From: the human T2T-CHM13v2.0 reference genome, Homo sapiens
Assembly (NCBI RefSeq): GCF_009914755.1
Contig: NC_060928.1
DNA: 64,000 nucleotides
Direction: 5' to 3' (one strand)
Below the pieces are notes generated by a model. The model did not search any database. It saw only the letters and a program-made list of their open reading frames with translations, and was not told the origin of the DNA. Both the position numbers and the translations under genes were made by a program. Below, piece after piece: positions 1 to 11,701 of this stretch. Every line of letters begins with the position of its first letter. The first letter of the stretch is position 1.

Positions 1-349
1 GATTGTTTCAATTATCCCAGTTACACCTTATTAAAAATAAATTAAAAACTCAATCCAATTCAAATAATAATTTGGCCATCATTATGATGATGATTTAGCT
101 CTACAAAGCGTAGTTTTATTGTTTGCTTCTGTTATAATACAAGTGTGAGGACAATGAAATGTACCATAGAGTAATAATGAAGCCAGGGTTATCCAAGGTA
201 GGATATACAGAAGTAGGTGGGACAGAAAAAGCACAAACATCTTTCACATATTGATTAAACTCTGCTCACTGCTTCAACAGTTTTGCTGCAATATCATGCC
301 AACTTACACTCTAGCTCTGCCTGTCAACTAAAACATAGCTCTGAATCAT

Positions 350-850
350 CAGTAATTATTTTCAGGAAACAAAAACAACTCTAGCTATTTGAAACACAAA
401 TGCATTTAGGATTGTACAAAATCATCAGAAGAGATGGAAATTTGGTGGATCTCAACAATTGCTCCCACAACTGCACTAACAAACTGTCCATCCAGGGGAG
501 CCAGCTCCATAGGGGATGTGCTGACTTGGGGAGCCTGTTACAGCAGCTGTGATCCCAAGATCTAGAAGCTGCTGTGTACTGAACTGGCTTTCAAAACCTC
601 AAACCTAATAAAAGGACACAAAAACACCACTGCAGAAAACCCCAATGACTCTAGAACCTGGCTTGCCAGCAAGAAACAACCAAAACCAAAGAAGGATGCC
701 AACGACTCACTTCTACCTTCAAAACATTTGCGGATGTGTCTTATTGGAAAAATCTAATTTGTATCCAAAGCCTATGAGTCTTCAGTGACTACAGGAATGT
801 TCATTATACCATATTTGAAATGGATGCTGAGTACCAATTTATCCTGTCCT
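350..850. mobile_element. Old, diverged ERVL-class LTR remnant (LTR33/LTR41-like)
   Basis: 'aaacaactctagctatttgaaac...acaaaatcatcagaagagatgg' and 'ttctaccttcaaaa...tcttattggaaaaatctaatttgtatccaaagcc' resemble ancient ERVL LTR motifs. Boundaries are approximate. Confidence 0.35.
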
Positions 851-3274
851 CAATAATTCCACTGTGGAAAGCAACTTGAAGAAGCTTTGTGTTGATAAAA
901 AATTGTTTAACACAAATGGTGAAAAGGGAATATTCCTGGGAATTATTTACTATACCTCCTAAGATGAACAGGCATCACTACTTAGAACTTTTGGCACCCA
1001 GCAGATATGTATTTTTTTAATTAATTAATCGCTTTCACATTACCATTTCAATGACTGATAGACCTAGTCTCTCCTTTGACTGCATTCAGTTGTCTTAGAA
1101 TATCTAATTAGCATAAATTAATTTCTGATTAGCAGAATGCTATGGGGAACTTCATGTAACACACACTGTGTGTGTATGTTTATTTCCATCAACCATGTTC
1201 ATCATAATTAGAGCAAGAAATTTGGCAACTTACTTCAAATATATGCCAACTACTTTATAAATATCATAGAAGCTCCAAATAATGTTCTATGAGTAGTAAA
1301 TTTCCTGAATGAAGAAAATTTAAGTGATATTCCCAAAAATACAATTTATCACTGTCTTACTATGTGCTTTTCTAGATTTATCTTAATGACTATACATCAA
1401 AATTAATGCATAATTTCTTTAAACTATATAGTGTGAAGTGTCTGTTTTGTTCATAAAAATAATGATTAGATTTAATTATCAAAACAAAAGGCTAGCCATA
1501 TCTTGTTTCTTGGTTCCAGCTCTGCAGGATTTTATGTATATTAATATATGTGCACATTGATGTCTTCAGACTATGTTATCATTGTTTACCAATGATAAAA
1601 TTAGTTTCAGATACTTTTTAAAAGACACTTTATATGAAATAATTTTTGAATTAATATTAATTATTAATTAGCTTACTAATCAGCGATTCTTACTCAAAAC
1701 ATTTTAATTCTTATCTGTTTTAAAAATACTATATTTATCACATGTAAAATGCTTATATCAGTATTTTTGTTATCTGCTTTTATGTTTTCTGCTAAATGTT
1801 GTATTTACTTATTGGGATTCTTGAAACTATATAGAAATGTTTCAAAGTTTAAAAAAAAAGGCTTAAAACCCAAAACTGAATAAAATACTTCCCACCTTTA
1901 AAATGACTGAGCCAAATTCACAGTGAAATAATTTTGTTTGCATTTTCCCTGTTGAATAATATTTTGCATCTGGCCTTTTTAATTATATTAAAAATGTCTT
2001 GCAGCATTGGAGCACAAATAAATTCTTATATTCAAACACCAACCTACCTTTCCCATAGTATTTTTTTTTTACATTTTTAAGGGAGTACTCAAAATATTGG
2101 TTAAAATAAAAGGGTTTGAAAATAACGCACTATTATAACTGAAATGTAGTAAATATTTCATTCCATCAAAAACCTAAAGTATGTAAAGGTTTTACGGTTG
2201 TTAAAACATTGCTTAGTTCAGCAATATTTGAATGTAAACAAACTTGGGAGAAATAATTCCTTAAGAAGGTACACAGATAAAAGAGCTCAAAAATGATGTG
2301 AAATTAAATCTAATGCAAATTATAGATAGACGCTGTTTTAAACAAAATAGAAAAACAAAAGCAAAGGGAAGGCAAAACAAAAGGAACCCAAAATAGAGGA
2401 AAGTTAAGGTTCATACAAGTAGGCCAGGAAAAATGTGATGAGAGGCACAAATGGGGTAGAAAATGTAGATTTGGGAGATATTGGTCTATGTGTATTATAA
2501 TAGAATAAGATTTGCTAAAACAATTACTGCTGTCATAAATATTTTAACAGAGTAAATTGAATAAAGTCTAGATACAGTAAGCATCCCTGTTTTATCCATC
2601 ATTTTTGTGGCTAATTATTTAATCAGAAAGTAAATTTAGTATGATAATATAAACTTCGGTTTTACTAATCTAGATTAGGAGCTGTTATAATGCAACTTCC
2701 TAATATTAGTATTAATATCTAGTATTTAATCAATGTTTGAGATTTAATGATGTGAATAATGTCAAATTGTCTGATATGGTTACTTACTCCTTGATTTGAT
2801 ATGAAGAAAATTTTAACAATATGCATTTTCTAAATAATTCAATTTACACTGTCCTCTGAGCTATCCACCCTACCTCCACTCTAGCACTGAACTCTTCTCT
2901 ACTCGTAATCAAGGTTTTCTTACATAAGCCGGTCATCTGGGAACTACCATCAACAATCAATCAGACCCAAACCCACAATGATCACACCTGCTAAGTATCT
3001 GATATATTTTTAATGTGATGGTCTCCATTTATACTCCATGCCACATGTCCCCAAAGAATTTGATGTTACATGTCTATTTTTCCTAGACCATCTCTGGGAG
3101 TTTGTGTTTTGCCAAACATACTTTGGGTGCTGTTGCTCTAAAAGTTACACTATATTCAATTAAGAAATAAGCTTTATTTTCCTACTTTCAGTTATGCAGT
3201 GCTTTTTAACTCTATGTTTATAGTAAAGATATTTTAAAATATATACATGTAATTACATTAATAGCAAAAACTAT

Positions 3275-3780
3275 TGTGAAGTAGTTTCACCAGGCACAGG
3301 TATCCATCCAGGGAAAGACTTTAAACACCTCTCTAATAACATACATCACTATCAACCTACTTGCACAAATTCGTTTAAACAGAACACATGCAAATTAAAA
3401 GAAGCAATTTTATTACTCACAATAGGAAACAAGGGGCAATAGAATTATAGAATTCATGATGAAACAGTCTCTCGAGGCTGAGAAAAGCTGACAAAGGAGG
3501 ATGGAGTCTCATCTCTAAGTAAGCCACAACACACTGCAGCCGAGGGACTCCAAAAGCACTCCACTCAGGGTTTTATACTCGGGGCCCATTGGGCAAGCTG
3601 GGCTAAAGCATTGCACGACATCCTGTTCTAAGAAGCATGAGAACTTTGAGCTGTTCTTATCAGTTCCTCCTTATCCCAAGAGGTTTCATTCTCAGCATAT
3701 TCTACAGTTATTCTGAAATCACAAGTGAGAAAGGGAGGAAGAGTTGGGTCATCAAGGCCACCCAGGGACTCATCCCGAAC
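3275..3780 (-). mobile_element. ERVL solo LTR (MER54/MER74/LTR53-like)
   Basis: GC-richer block. On the minus strand it has a polyA signal ('ttttatt' ~3408) and a TATA box ('gggttttatac' ~3570). The motif 'ggatggagtctc...gcagccgagggactcc' is typical of this LTR group. Confidence 0.6.
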
Positions 3781-3790
3781 TTATGAAAAT

Positions 3791-3793
<3 letters not shown>

Positions 3794-3831
<38 letters not shown>
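3794..3831. repeat. (GT)n microsatellite, ~19 units
   Basis: Perfect GT run read directly from the sequence. Confidence 0.97.
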
Positions 3832-3833
<2 letters not shown>

Positions 3834-4032
3834 TTGGCTTTATATATGCCAACTACATAAATACATAAATGGCTTATTTATATATACCGTTAATTCATCG
3901 CATTTATATTTGCTGGTGTTTAAGTTTTCAAGACATGATAAGGTTTTTATATTGAAAAATAGTGTGTACGCTAAAACTACATATATCTTAAGCCATACGT
4001 TTTGTAATTCATTAATTTAAAAGCCTAATATA

Positions 4033-4345
<313 letters not shown>

Positions 4346-4450
4346 CTAATGTATTCCTATTTAAAAATACAAATTGCAGATACTTGCTATTGATTGATAT
4401 AATTTAATCAGACATAATTAATATTTTATAATTAATTGATAGCCTTAAAC

Positions 4451-4487
4451 GTGTGTATGGTGTGTGTGTGTGTGTATGTGTGTGTAT
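4451..4487. repeat. Imperfect (TG)n microsatellite
   Basis: gtgtgtatggtgtgtgtgtgtgtgtatgtgtgtgtat. Confidence 0.85.
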
Positions 4488-4612
4488 GCATCCATACTTT
4501 AAAAATATATCTTGTATAAATCTACCTGGGAAAGCTTTTTAGCTTTTGAAAAATTTCATGTAACAAACTGAGCACACATAAATCCAAATGTGCTTATTGC
4601 TTTTGTTTTTCT

Positions 4613-4804
4613 TTTTATATATATATATTTTTTATGATACTTTAAGTTCTAGGGTACATGTGCACAACATGCAGGTTTGTTACATATGTATACATGTGCC
4701 ATGTTGGTGTGCTGCATCCATTAACTTGTCATTTACATTAGGTGTATCTCCTAATGCTATCCCTCCCCACCCCCAACCCCACAACAAGCCCCAGTGTGTG
4801 ATGT
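4613..4804 (-). mobile_element. Very short 5'-truncated L1PA 3' end
   Basis: 'tactttaagttctagggtacatgtgcacaacatgcagg...ccccagtgtgtgatgt' is the reverse complement of the L1PA 3'UTR. Perfect 15-bp TSD tgcttttgtttttct at 4598-4612 and 4804-4818. Confidence 0.95.
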
Positions 4805-5905
4805 GCTTTTGTTTTTCTAATAATTTGACAGATTAAACAAATAACAAAAATTTTCTCCCAAAATAATTATTAATAATGTAATTTTACAATATTAATTTAT
4901 TACATTTATTATTTAATTGCATTCTATTCCTTCTGATTATATTGTTGAAAATTATATCTTGATTTGGGAAAAAGTAATAGACTATTTTGTTAGCAGGCTA
5001 CAGGAGGCAGTATTACACATTCTCATTTAATACTTAATGCAGTATACTTAATAATTATTAGGTTGAAAAATTAAAAAACTCTGAAAAGAAGGTAACATTA
5101 AAAGTATATCTAAAATAATAAATATTGGCAAAGAAAAATCTTTTTTGAATTATAGGATAAACACATTTTTTAGCCTCAAAAAGGAAAAAAGTATACAAAA
5201 TGTGTATTTCTCATTTATCCATGAGTCTCATAATACAGAGTATTATTGATACTTCAGTGATCTCTTTCTAGAGTCATCACATTAAGCAATCAAAATAAAT
5301 TTGTATTTCATTTTTAAATAAACACTGTTTTAGATTTTCAGAAGATACTTCACCGACATAGGGGAAATAAGGAGGGCCCAAAGAAAGTGGTTTTTGTTTC
5401 TTGGAAGAACTAATTTTTTGCCTCTGAGTGAACACAGAGTAAGAGAAAACATTTAATGTTTAAATGTTGATGTAGACAGAAGATCAAGTGCAGAGACTAT
5501 ATACTGCCAATAATTTCACCTTTATGTTTTAAAGTTTTACAAATATTTCCTGAATAATTTTTGAGTAACTTGGAGTGATTAATATTTTCATTAGTAAAAA
5601 TATCTCTCCATAAGGCTGAAGAGAAGAGGAATCATGAGTCAGTAGGGCAATTAAGCATCTATGTATATCTACTGTAGTTCTGAAAAACATAGTGAGTCAT
5701 AAAATGTTCCATTCCACACATTAAAGAGAATAATCACTTATGCAAAAATATGGCCATCTAATCAATATTTTACATAAACTATAATATGATCTTAAATATT
5801 AAGGAATAATGTGGTTCTCCTTTTCCCCCCCAAATTTCCTATTATAAGGTTATTATAAAATTCTAAATATTGAAAAATCTTTAAAGAAAATGTTTTTAAT
5901 ATCTA

Positions 5906-6146
5906 GAAAGTATATTGCAGATAAAATTACATGCTAAACCTAAGCTTAGTTCTCCCTGAATATACATTTTGAAAGCTACAAATTTTGTTCTTTACCAAAA
6001 ATATTTTACGTTATTTTTGTTGTATATTTTAAAATATTATTTTTCAGTTTGAAGAAATAATAGTAATATATGTCTAGTATGAGATTTTTACATAGAAATT
6101 CACATATAGTATTAAAATAACATAATCTCAGCAATTAATAAAAATG
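5906..6146 (+). repeat. Local direct duplication A, copy 1 (copy 2 at 7111-7345)
   Basis: The two copies share colinear blocks: gtatattgcagataaaattac, taagcttagttct, tatacattttgaaagctacaaattt, atatgtctagta, atttttacatagaaatt. Confidence 0.92.
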
Positions 6147-6722
6147 TTTTCATATGATTATTTAGGCCTTTAAAATGAAATATATATACATTTTTAAATG
6201 CCTGTAATTATTCGCATTTCTTCAATTTGTTCGTTTCACTGTTTCATCTCTTACAGAAACTCTCTATATCATTAATTTTCTATGTCATTATTTCAAATAG
6301 CTGCTTATTATTTTATAGAAATGCACTGTGGAAATCACCACAAGTTGATTTTCATTCTGTACATAGATGCTTTCAGTTTAGTAAAGCTGTGCTGAATATC
6401 CTTATTCATACATCTTTACTTACCCCTCTGGTTATTTTCTCATTGTAAATAGAATGAAGTAAAATTATGAGTACCTCAAGGCTGAATGATTTAGAAATGT
6501 TCTATTTATTTTATATCACAAAATTAGGACAGATATGTATGTGCATATACATATATAGTACATAATGATACTTGCAGAAAACCAATAATGTATGTTCCTA
6601 CTATTATATTGTATCAGTTAATTAGGTTACTCTAAAATATTTCAGATGAAAGAGATTGTGTCTCTCTTCCACAACATTGAATCCTCAGTGTATATCAAAA
6701 CTGGAGTATAATAGGAAAGCAT

Positions 6723-6998
6723 GCTGGATGCAGTGGATTGCCTGAGCTCAGGAGTTGGGGACCAACCTGGGCAACATTGCAAAACCTCATCTCTACCAAA
6801 AGTACAAAAAAATAGCTAGGGGTGGTGGCAAACCCCTGTTGTCACAGCTACTCAGGAGGCTGAGGTGAGAGGATCATCTGAGCCCAGGAGGGGCTGCAGT
6901 GAGCCAAGATTTTGCTACTGCACTCCAACCTTTGGTGACAGAGTGAAACCCCGGGTCAAAAAAATAAACATTAAAAAGTAAATATTAAAAAAATAAAA
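6723..6998 (+). mobile_element. AluJ with a left-monomer internal deletion
   Basis: J-type motifs 'gggcaacat' and 'gaggatc..tgagcccagg'. TSD aataggaaag(c/t)at at 6710-6722 and 6999-7011. Confidence 0.9.
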
Positions 6999-7110
6999 AA
7001 TAGGAAAGTATAGATTATTTGTGAGGCCTATAAGGAGTTTAATCTCCTACAAGGTCATGGATTACCTCATAAAATTTTTGTTTGCTTTATGTGGTATATT
7101 ATTAGATTAT

Positions 7111-7345
7111 GAAGGTATATTGCAGATAAAATTACTTATTAAACTTAAGCTTAGTTCTACCTAAGTATACATTTTGAAAGCTACAAATTTCATTCTTTAT
7201 AAAAAAAATACTTTTACATGTTCTTTTTATTGTATGTTTTAAAATAATATTTTTCACTTTGCAAAAATAATATGTCTAGTACAAATAATTTTTACATAGA
7301 AATTTATGCATAGTCTTAAAATAACCATTTGTAATCAATAAAATG
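7111..7345 (+). repeat. Local direct duplication A, copy 2
   Basis: Colinear with 5906-6146. Confidence 0.92.
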
Positions 7346-9319
7346 AGATTTTGGTAGTAATTGCTTTCCTATTTTTAACAGATATCATTTTTTAGTTAAT
7401 TCTTGAACTTCTAACAACATAAAGGAATATTTTGCTCAATTTTACATGAACTATTATCTCAAATTTTAGGATACAATTTTGTATTGTTTACACAGGTTGA
7501 ATTTAAAAAAGAGTCCTTAGGACATCACAGTATGTACTCAAGTATGACTTCAGTAAATGTAATAGGTACAGTCAACAAGACAGAATACAATAGAGAGATG
7601 TAAAAATTTCCAGGCATAGCCCCAGGGTTCTTGTACAGTGGCAAAGAAATTACTTTGCCTTTGGGACAATTAAGCACTAGAATATGTGCTATATGTCTTA
7701 GTTTCGGGGGAGGCCAGCCACAAGTTTACTGAGTGGTGTTATTATATCTCACTAGTCACATTGCTTAAAGCAAGTCTGTATAACTTGTCAAACTATGTTT
7801 AAACCATCAATCTATATTTCTGCAAACAATATAGATAAGCTAGTACAAAGAGCCTCAAGGGGAATTTTGAACATTACCAGCATAGCATAAATCCCTGGCT
7901 AGGGATTATACCTGTAATACCTGAACAAATTGATTAGTTAACAACATTTTCAGATAGTTTATAACTAAAATATTTGCATTATTTCTTACTAAGTCAGATT
8001 AGATAATATAACTTAAGTTTGTGAAAACTACTAAACCTCCTAGCACTTTCACCCATTCTTCATCTTGAAAGATCCAGTGAGGGGAAGTTTGGTTGTGTGA
8101 AGGAGTCATATTTACCTGTACTTACTGGCACAAAGCAATTGAGCCTCAGTGTTAAGTACAGAGGAAGATGGGAAGCCACACCTGCCTCAGCAGCTAAGCT
8201 TTGCCCTTCGTCTGAATATAGCAGACAGCCATCCTCCAATCAAAGACATTTAAAAGACAGAGGAAACAGATTTGGGCCATAGACTCTTGTTTTTTGTTTT
8301 GTTTTGTTTTTAATTTCAGTCATATCCATCAGAGAATTCATTCTTCACTAAATATGGAGAAAAAAATCCAGAGTAAATCTTCAGAGTAAAACCTCCAAAG
8401 TCAATAAAATAACAGAGAATAGTTTCCTCTAACAAAATTATTTATTAAGAAGACTACTTCAAAAATGCAAAAATAAATAAATGTCCCTCATTTATTTCTG
8501 CTGTGCTATTTTAAATTTAGAAAAAATATCTATTTCACATACAGTAATGCTGTCTGAATATTATAAAGCTAGATAAAATTTTTCATACTCACTTTTCTCA
8601 CCTAGTGTTAAATTTTAGTCAAGTGTTAAGTGTTATCTTGCTATTTATATAAGCTTTTTATATTATGTGTGCTCTAAGAACCATATGTTAACAATTTACA
8701 ATATTTTCTAGTTTTGTATAATTTATATCAAAATTAATTGTATGTTCAACTTAGAGCATATTGCAAAGGAAAATAATCTGTGACAAGATGTCGGGTAGTT
8801 TCAAGTGAATAGAAAATTAAGGTGAATATGCCATGGAATATGATTGGCCTTTTGTATCTATGTTTTTCTGATGTGATCTACATGACAAAATGATATTATT
8901 TGAGATGAGGCTGCAGTCATTCTCTAGTTTCATTAGTAGAGTAAGAACTTTATATACAAAATTTGTTTTTGTGCACAGTTCTTAATGAGTACATTTTAAT
9001 AACGTATACATAAAAAAACAAAATGTCACTATCATTGAATTTAAAAAGGGCCAGAGTGTTCCATTCTACTACATCTTATATTTTTATCTGCTTCATCATC
9101 TCAGGTTTAATTTTTTAAAATAATCAAATGAAGGCACTTTATATAATGATAGGACAGATCACTGCTCATTTCAAAGTAATAAAAGTGTTCTTCTCAACTT
9201 TCAATAATTAATGGAAATAATTTCTTCTCCTCATAGTGTATGCTTGCTAAATCTAAAAGAAAACTGGTTAAAGCTATCATATTAAGACCATATTACATTT
9301 ACCTCCACCATACCATCAA

Positions 9320-9415
9320 AATAGATATGCTTATTATCATATACTTGGTAGTAGAGCTAGGGTTTGAAACATGATCTTTTAGCTCCAAAGATATCATTAA
9401 CCACTATGCTATATC
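9320..9415 (-). mobile_element. MIR fragment
   Basis: 'gtagagctagggtttgaaac...ctccaaag...ttaaccactatgctat' matches the antisense MIR 5' region. Confidence 0.6.
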
Positions 9416-10332
9416 ACGCACCAGTGTCTGTAGTGTTAATAGGACAAACAGGTTATCACCTCACCTGACACATTTAGATATGAAGCCAGTTTCCAAACTC
9501 CAAAAGATCATGTTGGCAGAAATAATGTTTCTAGAACACAAAATCTATTTTTGTCAAAGATACAACAAAGATTCATGTTTTCTAAAAGAACGTAGCCTGG
9601 CTGTAGCTTCCCTCACATACCAGTAGTTGAACTCACTAATTATATTAAGAAATTCTGCCTTTCAAAAGTTATAGTTCTATTATGAAAGCAGTTGCTCATG
9701 TATGTCATTTTAGACATAAGTAGCAAAAGAAATAAACGTAGTTGCATTACATTCTGGGCATTATTATTAATAAGTATATGCTTAACAACAGAGAGCCAGG
9801 CAGCATGGTAAAATAGAATATATGCTCAATAGGAGAGGGCTATGTTTGAAATTAAAATCTGAATATAGATTTGAGAAGAATTTTAAATCGCCATAAAATT
9901 GGTCTGAAATTTAGAAAAGAAAATTCATTCTACAAATACATGTATAACTTGAAACCATAAAAAATTACAGAATAAGTGAAATGTAATTATGTTTGAGAAA
10001 CTCAGATGATAAGCACATATCTTCTGACAACAAGGAATGAAATAAATAAAAAGTGTGAGAAAAATTTTGTCACTTTTTATATATAAAGAAAAAGAAAAAA
10101 AACACAAGGTTTGAATAGATTTGAAATAAAATTGAAGAAAATAGTAGAATGAAATTAAAGTAAGAAGTTAATAGAGGAATTAAAATTCAGTTTGGCAGCA
10201 GTCTCAGTACCATGGTCATAGATAATTGAATCATTACTGTGGAAGGTGAATTTAATAGATAACCACTCCCCCTCAAAAAAAAAAGCAAAAAAAAAAAAAA
10301 AAACCTGACAAAGTAAAATACAAGAAGAAATA

Positions 10333-10637
10333 CAGCCCTAATCCAAAAAATTGAAATCCAAATTGCTCCAAAATCTGAACGTTTCTGAGTGATGTCATAT
10401 GTGAAGAATTCCAACCCTGACTTTATATGACAGGTAGCAGTCAAAACGTTCTGTGAACAAAATTATTAAAAATATTGTATATAATTCATTTCAGGTGATA
10501 TAAAATATAAATAAATGCTGATTTTCAACTTGGGTCCCATCCCCAAGATTTTTTATTATGTATATGCAAATATTCCAAAATTTGAAATCCAAACCACTTT
10601 TGGGCCTAAACATTTTGGATAAGAGATACTAAACCTG
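10333..10637. mobile_element. TcMar-Tigger MITE (MER46C/Tigger4-like)
   Basis: 'ccctaatccaaaaaattgaaatccaaattgctccaaaatc', 'cttgggtcccatccccaagat...tatgtatatgcaaatattccaaaat', and the terminus 'ggataagagatactaaacctg'. Confidence 0.85.
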
Positions 10638-11701
10638 TTTATGGAGTAAATACTCAAAGATAGAACAAATAAGAAAAGATTAGCATATAGGTATATAATG
10701 TTCCCTGAAGAGGTACAGAAAACATGAAAAGACAACTATTCATAGATGGGAAGAGCTATCTTCTCTGACATAAATAAATACATGCTGACACAGATTCAGA
10801 TGAATATAACTCCATTCTAAAGAAAAATTAAAGAGCCCAAACTACTAGCATAACTTTTTAACAGGTAAAGAAGTCATCAACATCCCAAGCAAGGAAAAAT
10901 ATGAACCAACAAAAAAAGCTTGTTGAAAAAAAAAGTACAGGCTGATGACCAAATTCTTCTATGCAATATGATGTAGCAGTCAATAGAAACATGTATTTAC
11001 AAGTTTGTGTGATTATGTGACATATCGATTTAGTTGTGAGAATACCAAAACATCTGTAAGGGATAAATTAGAAAAAAGTCCATCATCTGTCCAGGCAATG
11101 AGCACAACTTGTATAGTGGTCCACACTGACTTTTATATTTTTGTTAATGTTATTTGTAAGTTTTCATATTTTAAATTTTTATATATGAATGATATTCTCA
11201 TCATATATTCTAAATTTTCATTGTAAATTTACAAGAAAATAGAGGAAAGTTAATCTATAAATTATATAACAACATTGCTGAATTGACATTTTAATATATT
11301 TCATTTACTTGTACCTTAAAAATGTTACACAAAAATTAAGATATCTTATCTTTTGCTCTAGAATCTTGTATTTTATTTGTCCTTTGCTATTGTGTTGGCT
11401 AGATCTTTCCAAACATCTTTAAATTATGCTGGTGATAATGTGAATCTCTAATCTTTTTTAATAAACAGGGATATGTTATTGAAAATAATTTTTTCTCTTA
11501 TTTTTATTTTAAACTATTTTTAACCATAAAATGCCATTATTTCTACTTTTCAGAGAATTTGTCAAAGTTGTTTCATAAATTTTCAAATTTTAATATCCTT
11601 GTTTCACTATATTATTTCTCTCCAATCATCTTGATATTATAATCCATTGCAAAACAAAAATCTAATTATAAAATATAAAAGAGATTCATTTAGAAAAATA
11701 A

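Noticed and set aside
1159-1175. ACACACAC-T-GTGTGTGT inverted repeat (a similar one at ~38520)
   Set aside because: Low-complexity dinucleotide palindrome, common by chance
8097-8282. GC-richer 61-aa ORF
   Set aside because: GTG start, no recognisable homology or splice structure; conservation cannot be judged from sequence alone
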